Source of the DNA: Bdellovibrionales bacterium
GTDB lineage: Bacteria > Bdellovibrionota > Bdellovibrionia > Bdellovibrionales > UBA1609
DNA: 64,000 bases
Reading direction: 5' to 3'
NCBI GenBank assembly: GCA_965205945.1
Contig: CBDBIB010000003.1
Span: forward strand, 320,001 to 384,000
This document shows, one piece after another, positions 58,869-64,000 of this stretch. A model generated the notes under the pieces. It saw nothing but the letters and a program-made list of their open reading frames with translations. It made no database searches and had not been told where the DNA came from. The position numbers were made by a program, and so were the translations under genes. Each line of letters opens with the position of its first letter. Positions within the stretch are counted from its first letter, which is position 1.

Positions 58869-61124
58869 ATGAAGATTAATATAAAAATTTTAAAAAGAAC
58901 TATATGTATAGGATGTGTCTCTTTTTTAGCTTCACATGTTTGTGCGGATGATGTTTCTTTAAAGAGCAACTACGTTGAACTAGGTAAAATGAAAAATCAG
59001 TCAAGTTTTGATATTTTAAATCCGGGTCAAATTTTAGATAATTTTGTGATTCCTATATATGATAAGAATCAACAAGAAGCAACTATTTTAGAGTCATCAG
59101 TCCCTAAGTTTAAAAATATAAAGACAAATAAAGGAAAATTATCTAAAAAGAAAACAAGTAAATTTGCAAGAAAACTTAGAGCTTTAAGGGTATATCCTAT
59201 TCCTAAATACAGTTTTGGCAGAGAAAAGATCTTAAAAAGAAAGAATATAGGTTGGAGTTTAGGTAATTATCAAGGAATTAAATCTATTAATTTAAAGAAG
59301 AAAAGCGCTTTAAATATATTAAAAAATCTAAAAAAAATAAAAGACTTTAATCTAGGTTTAGCAAAAAAGAAGAGAGTTAATTTAAAAGAAATTAATCAAA
59401 AAGTAGTAGTTCAAAATGATATTGATCAGATTCAATTTTCTTTTAAAAGTAATTTTAAATTTAATCTTTTGCCCATGTATTTAAGAAAGTTAAAGGATCA
59501 TGATCTTTTAGCAGCGGATATTTTATTTGAAGAGAAAAAATCCTGTCAAGAGGTAGTGCCAATATCACAATTTTTGCAGGATAAAGTGACAGTAGACAAT
59601 AGAGTAAAGTTTTATAGAGGAATGTGTTTACATGATTTTAAAATGTTTTCAGAATCAATTCCATTATTATCAGAAGTTATCGGAACAAGTACAGGTTATT
59701 ACATAAAAAAAGCTGTTGGAAAAATTCTTGAAGGTCTTCCTAAAGGTTATGAGGGTTTGATAGCAAAAGAACTCACTCCTAAAAAAGTTTATGATAAACT
59801 TAATCAAAAACAAAAAGATAGGTATAACTATATTTTAGCAAAAGGTAATTTTATCAATGAAAAATATAAGAGAGCTAAAGCGCATGCAAAACGTGTGAGT
59901 GATGAGTCTTTAGATAAATATGATGCTAAGTTTATAGCGAGCACATCACAATATATGAGTGGGCTCTTGCCTGAGGGAATAAAAATTATGCAAGATTTAA
60001 AGGTTGAGTATTTAAAATCTAAAAATCAAAACAGTGATTTTAATTCACTTATTAATTTAACTCTAGCAAGGTTTCAATTTGAGAGAGGGAGTTATAAAAA
60101 AGCTATTAAAAATTATGAATTAGTTTCTAGAGAACATCCTTTGTGGGTAGATAGTTTAATAGAAAAAGGTTGGGCTCAGATAAAACTTGGTGATTTTTCA
60201 GGAGCAATTGGTAATATGTTTACTCTTCATTCACCATTTTTTAAAGATGCGTTTATACCAGAATCATATGTTATAAGAACTATTGGATATTTAAACTTAT
60301 GTCAGTTTGGAGATGCAAATTCAACATTAGGATACCTTGAGACAGAGTATCCAGATCAAAAAGGCAGGATTATAAGGTTTTTAGAAGATAAAAAAAACCA
60401 TTATCAAACACTGCTAGATTATTTAAAAGTAAATGATGAAAAATTATATGAACTTAACACACTTCCAGCTTCAACCATAAGAGAAATGGGAAGAGATAGA
60501 GATTTTTTAATGGTCCAAACAAAATTAAATAATATTATTGATGAAATTCCAGTATTTAAAGAATTTGCAGTGAATATTATGAAGAAAAGAAGAGCGCTTA
60601 AAGATGAAATTCTTAAATTAACAGAAGAATCAAATAAGTTAAGGGTTAAAGAGGGAAAGGCTTTAAAAAATAATAAGTTAGATATTGCTAAAACATTAAA
60701 GAAAAAAAGAAAATCAGTTTTTGATGAAGGTTTTTCATTAAACTATAGAATTAAGCTTTTTAATAAAGGTATTATTGCTTATAAGAAAGCTAATGGGGAT
60801 GCTGTTAGGCGCGCTGAAAAAATGAGAGATGATTACTTGATTCAGGCAGAAAAGACTCTTAAAGAAAGTCTGGGTAATATTGAAACTAGACTTGAAACGG
60901 TTTTAAGAAACAATGATCTTTTAAGGTATGAGATATTTGCTAATTCAGGGAGAAATATTAGATATCGTATTGCTGGTGGGCAAATTAAACAAGAGGCAGG
61001 TAGCAGAAAGCCAGCTAAAGCACGCTCTAAAAAAGACTATGGTTGGGAGTTTAAAGGTGAATTTTGGCAAGACGAAGTTGGAAGATTTAAATCAAGTTTA
61101 ACAAACTTATGCCCTAAAAAATAA
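58869..61124 (+). CDS. TPR protein (GltC-like)
   Basis: LARFQF, E.GWA, A.G....LHSPFF...F.PE, LCQF, W.F.GEFW.DE.G......C. Confidence 0.78.
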   Translation: MKINIKILKRTICIGCVSFLASHVCADDVSLKSNYVELGKMKNQSSFDILNPGQILDNFVIPIYDKNQQEATILESSVPKFKNIKTNKGKLSKKKTSKFARKLRALRVYPIPKYSFGREKILKRKNIGWSLGNYQGIKSINLKKKSALNILKNLKKIKDFNLGLAKKKRVNLKEINQKVVVQNDIDQIQFSFKSNFKFNLLPMYLRKLKDHDLLAADILFEEKKSCQEVVPISQFLQDKVTVDNRVKFYRGMCLHDFKMFSESIPLLSEVIGTSTGYYIKKAVGKILEGLPKGYEGLIAKELTPKKVYDKLNQKQKDRYNYILAKGNFINEKYKRAKAHAKRVSDESLDKYDAKFIASTSQYMSGLLPEGIKIMQDLKVEYLKSKNQNSDFNSLINLTLARFQFERGSYKKAIKNYELVSREHPLWVDSLIEKGWAQIKLGDFSGAIGNMFTLHSPFFKDAFIPESYVIRTIGYLNLCQFGDANSTLGYLETEYPDQKGRIIRFLEDKKNHYQTLLDYLKVNDEKLYELNTLPASTIREMGRDRDFLMVQTKLNNIIDEIPVFKEFAVNIMKKRRALKDEILKLTEESNKLRVKEGKALKNNKLDIAKTLKKKRKSVFDEGFSLNYRIKLFNKGIIAYKKANGDAVRRAEKMRDDYLIQAEKTLKESLGNIETRLETVLRNNDLLRYEIFANSGRNIRYRIAGGQIKQEAGSRKPAKARSKKDYGWEFKGEFWQDEVGRFKSSLTNLCPKK

Positions 61125-61139
61125 CAAAGGACTAATGGT

Positions 61140-61772
61140 ATGAAAAAAATAACTATATTATTATTTACAGTTTTTTTTGCAAGTGATGCATATTCGCAAG
61201 CAGACATTAATAGAAAAATGAATCTTCTGGATCAAAATGTTAAAAATTCAGGAAATAATTTTAACCAGTTTAAGGATAATTTTAATATTTCAGTAAAAAA
61301 TTTTAATGAAGCAACACGAGTTATAAACGAACTTAGAAGTTTAAAAAAACAAGCTTTAAGAGATACAAAAAGAGCAAAGCTAAATTCCTTAGTTTATGGA
61401 CAAGTTATAGGTAAGTATAATGAATTTATTGCAGCAGAAGAGGCTAATATTTTAAAAGAAGAAGAGGCTATTAAAAAACTTGAAAAATTAGTTGAAAGTA
61501 TTAAAGCTAACACTCATAAGAGAAGAGAGCTTATTGTTACTTATAGTGCTGAAATTAAAAACGCTGAGGCAGAAGCTGGTGTTTGGAAAGGCAAGCAAAG
61601 AGAAGTTACTTCAGTAATAAAAGATATTGATGAGCGTGAGGATGAAGCTCTTGAAGAACGGAGTAAATGGATGGAGAAAAAAGAGATTTATAAAAAAGAA
61701 ACAGGTAAATGGTCTAAGGAATTTCAAAAAGCTAAGAAAACACTGTTAACGTTTGAAAAAATTCGAGATTAA
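61140..61772 (+). CDS. secreted coiled-coil protein
   Basis: Signal peptide and a charged heptad-rich sequence. Last gene of the operon. Confidence 0.65.
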   Translation: MKKITILLFTVFFASDAYSQADINRKMNLLDQNVKNSGNNFNQFKDNFNISVKNFNEATRVINELRSLKKQALRDTKRAKLNSLVYGQVIGKYNEFIAAEEANILKEEEAIKKLEKLVESIKANTHKRRELIVTYSAEIKNAEAEAGVWKGKQREVTSVIKDIDEREDEALEERSKWMEKKEIYKKETGKWSKEFQKAKKTLLTFEKIRD

Positions 61773-61804
61773 TTTTTTGTTCTTTAATATGTTTAAAACT
61801 TTTA

Positions 61805-64000
61805 TTAGTTTTTAATAAATTTAAAAGATAAAATATAAATAAAAATTGGTAATAAAAACAAGGTTAAAATTGTTGAAACAAGAAGCCCCCAACCTAAAGA
61901 AAGTGCTAAGGGTTGTATAAACGTGTCTTTTCCACCAGCAGAATAAATCGTTGGAGCAAGCCCTAAAAGAGTTGTTACAGATGTAATTATAATAGGTCTA
62001 AATCTTCTATGAACAGCTTTAAGAATAGCCTCCTTTAAACTTACTTCTTTTTTTAACTCTTCTAATAGAAATTGAATAAGAATAATAGATCCATTTACTA
62101 CAACACCTGATAAGCCAATAATTCCGACAATACCCATTAAAGATAAAGGTGTGTTGTGTAAGAACAAAGCCCAAATTACACCAATAATTCCAAAAGGAAT
62201 TGCAAAAAGAACTAAAAATGGAAAACCTATGGAGTTAAAACTTAAACTGATTACAATAAATATTGCAATTAATGAAAATATATAAAGCACACCAGTTTCT
62301 TTAAGTGTATCTATTCTTTGTTTATCTGCCCCACTGACTGTAAAATCTACAGAAGGATATTTTATTTTAAAATCCTTTATCTTTTTTTTAAGAATAGCAT
62401 TAGCACTTGCAGTAGATGTGATCTTTTCATCCACATCACCAAAAATACTCACTGCTCGACTTCCATTAAGCCTTTGAATAGACGGTATTGAAGACATCAT
62501 TTGTACTTTAGCAAAGCTGCTTAAAGGAACTAGAGTTCCTTGTGCATTTAAAAAAAGAAGATCTTTTAAGTTTTTTAAATTCTTCCGGCTTTTCTTATTT
62601 AAAGATACAACGATATCAACTTCATCATCAGCCAATCTTGTTTTAGTGGCAGAAATTCCATAAAAAGCAGAAAAAATTGAACTTGAAAGGTCTTCAAACT
62701 GTAAACCGCTTTGAATAGCCTGACTTTTGTTGATTTTAATTCTAAAGTATTTTGTTTGATCCATTAGATCAGATTGAATATTTAGATTTCCCTTTTGTGC
62801 ACTTAAAAAATTAACAACATCTAAAGCTGCAAGGCTACTTTTTTTAAATTCATCAGAAGTTAATAGAAGTTGAATATCAGTTTCTACAGGAGGACCATTT
62901 CTTGGTATAGAAATTGTTATTTTTACTTCTTCTTTTTTAGCTATTATATTTATAATTCTTTTAATTTCTTTTACTACTTTATCTTCTCTATAAATAAAAT
63001 TAGGATCATCGGTTAATCTTAATATTGTTTGAGATAGATGGCTTCCTTGATCCCTACTTCCTGATATACCTCCCTTAGAAATTGATCCTATTGATGTATT
63101 CATAGAAAAAATGTCTTTTGACACTGTACTTTGATTTAGAGCTTTATAAATTTTAATGGAAAGCTTTTTTGATTTTTCTTTTGCTGTATTAATAGGGAAT
63201 TCACTTAAAATACTTAAGTACTCAACACCTGAACGTGGAAATAGTTCAAATTTAATAGATTTTCCAGCAAAAACTGTTAAAACAATAAATAGTATAAATG
63301 AAAGCACCACCATGCCATAGTTGGAGGGTTTTTTAAACGTCCATTCAACGTACTTAACATATTTTTCTCTTAATCTTTCTATGGGACCATTTATATAAGA
63401 GTTGTTTTCTTTTTTCTGTAAAAATTGAGCACAATGAGAGGGTAAAATAAAAAGAGCTTCAAGAAGTGAAAATAGTAAGATAAATATAACTGTGATAGGA
63501 ATCACTTTTAAGAATTGCCCCATGACTCCTTCCATATAGACGACTGGTAAAAAAGCAAAAATTGTTGTTAATATCGTTGCAAGTACTGGAGATGCCACTT
63601 CAGTAACACCTTTAACTGCAGCTTTTGCAGGCGCCATTCCTTTTTCAACGTAAGAATAAATATTTTCAGAAACAACAATGGCATCATCAACAAGCATCCC
63701 TAGGACAACAACCATGCCTAACACAACTAAACTATTTAAGGTCATTCCTAGGGCGTATAACACCGCCACTCCACCTAAAAAAGCTATAGGCATACTTACG
63801 GCAGTAACTAAAGCTAATCGAGTGCTTACAAAGAGCATAAGAGAGAGCAAAACTAAAAATAAACCAAATCCAGCATTTAAAAATATAGATTTTAAAGAGT
63901 TTTGAATTCGAATAGCGTCATCATAATATGGAATGATTGTAATATCTTTTGAAAACTTATAGTTTTTTAAAAACTTTTTTATGTCTTTTACAACAGTTAT
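61805..64000 (-). CDS. RND (AcrB-family) transporter, 5' end beyond the window
   Basis: GMLVDDAIVVSEN, GVVVNGSI, RFRPIIITS.TT.LG..P. The frame stays open from 63850 to 64000. Confidence 0.92.
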   Translation of the reverse strand: MTVVKDIKKFLKNYKFSKDITIIPYYDDAIRIQNSLKSIFLNAGFGLFLVLLSLMLFVSTRLALVTAVSMPIAFLGGVAVLYALGMTLNSLVVLGMVVVLGMLVDDAIVVSENIYSYVEKGMAPAKAAVKGVTEVASPVLATILTTIFAFLPVVYMEGVMGQFLKVIPITVIFILLFSLLEALFILPSHCAQFLQKKENNSYINGPIERLREKYVKYVEWTFKKPSNYGMVVLSFILFIVLTVFAGKSIKFELFPRSGVEYLSILSEFPINTAKEKSKKLSIKIYKALNQSTVSKDIFSMNTSIGSISKGGISGSRDQGSHLSQTILRLTDDPNFIYREDKVVKEIKRIINIIAKKEEVKITISIPRNGPPVETDIQLLLTSDEFKKSSLAALDVVNFLSAQKGNLNIQSDLMDQTKYFRIKINKSQAIQSGLQFEDLSSSIFSAFYGISATKTRLADDEVDIVVSLNKKSRKNLKNLKDLLFLNAQGTLVPLSSFAKVQMMSSIPSIQRLNGSRAVSIFGDVDEKITSTASANAILKKKIKDFKIKYPSVDFTVSGADKQRIDTLKETGVLYIFSLIAIFIVISLSFNSIGFPFLVLFAIPFGIIGVIWALFLHNTPLSLMGIVGIIGLSGVVVNGSIILIQFLLEELKKEVSLKEAILKAVHRRFRPIIITSVTTLLGLAPTIYSAGGKDTFIQPLALSLGWGLLVSTILTLFLLPIFIYILSFKFIKN

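Noticed and set aside
3781..63905. Short shadow ORFs in the track (3781, 6909, 10593, 11148, 21046, 21101, 21484, 21985, 28874, 29499, 33399, 35848, 36963, 38226, 38552, 39071, 40056, 46607, 48979, 56449, 63678)
   Set aside because: They are antisense or out of frame, wholly or partly within well-supported genes, and show no motifs. The similar pair at 6909 and 10593 simply reflects the duplication.

Overview
AT-rich bacterial chromosome segment. Gene content points to a Bdellovibrionota-type predator (inference): mglA after dnaX-ybaB-recR with no mglB, a TadC-DUF192-FHA operon, a degenerate GGDEF protein and a compact Agl/Glt gliding-type operon. Housekeeping genes are hppD (partial), a PPTase, recR/ybaB/dnaX, SRP RNA, lipA-E2-lpdA-lipB, maf-yggS-proC, alr-mlaEFD, purH, cysE, phnDCE and a partial RND pump. 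The main accessory region (~6560-18945) is a tandemly duplicated two-gene cassette: a predicted outer-membrane beta-barrel followed by a Cys-rich Ig-like surface lipoprotein. Copy 1 has a deleted, decayed barrel gene and an 804-aa lipoprotein. Copy 2 has an intact barrel and a 2752-aa lipoprotein with seven 834-nt repeats. The two lipoproteins share near-identical stalks but differ in patches at the C-terminal tip. Also seen: a GYF-TPR gene split at an A9 tract, a predicted PP2C pseudo-phosphatase, an MlaD with a beta-rich C-terminus, decayed gene remnants, a sigma28-like promoter and a candidate structured RNA. No tRNA, rRNA, CRISPR array, transposase or integrase was recognised. All family calls come from reading motifs by eye, not from database searches.
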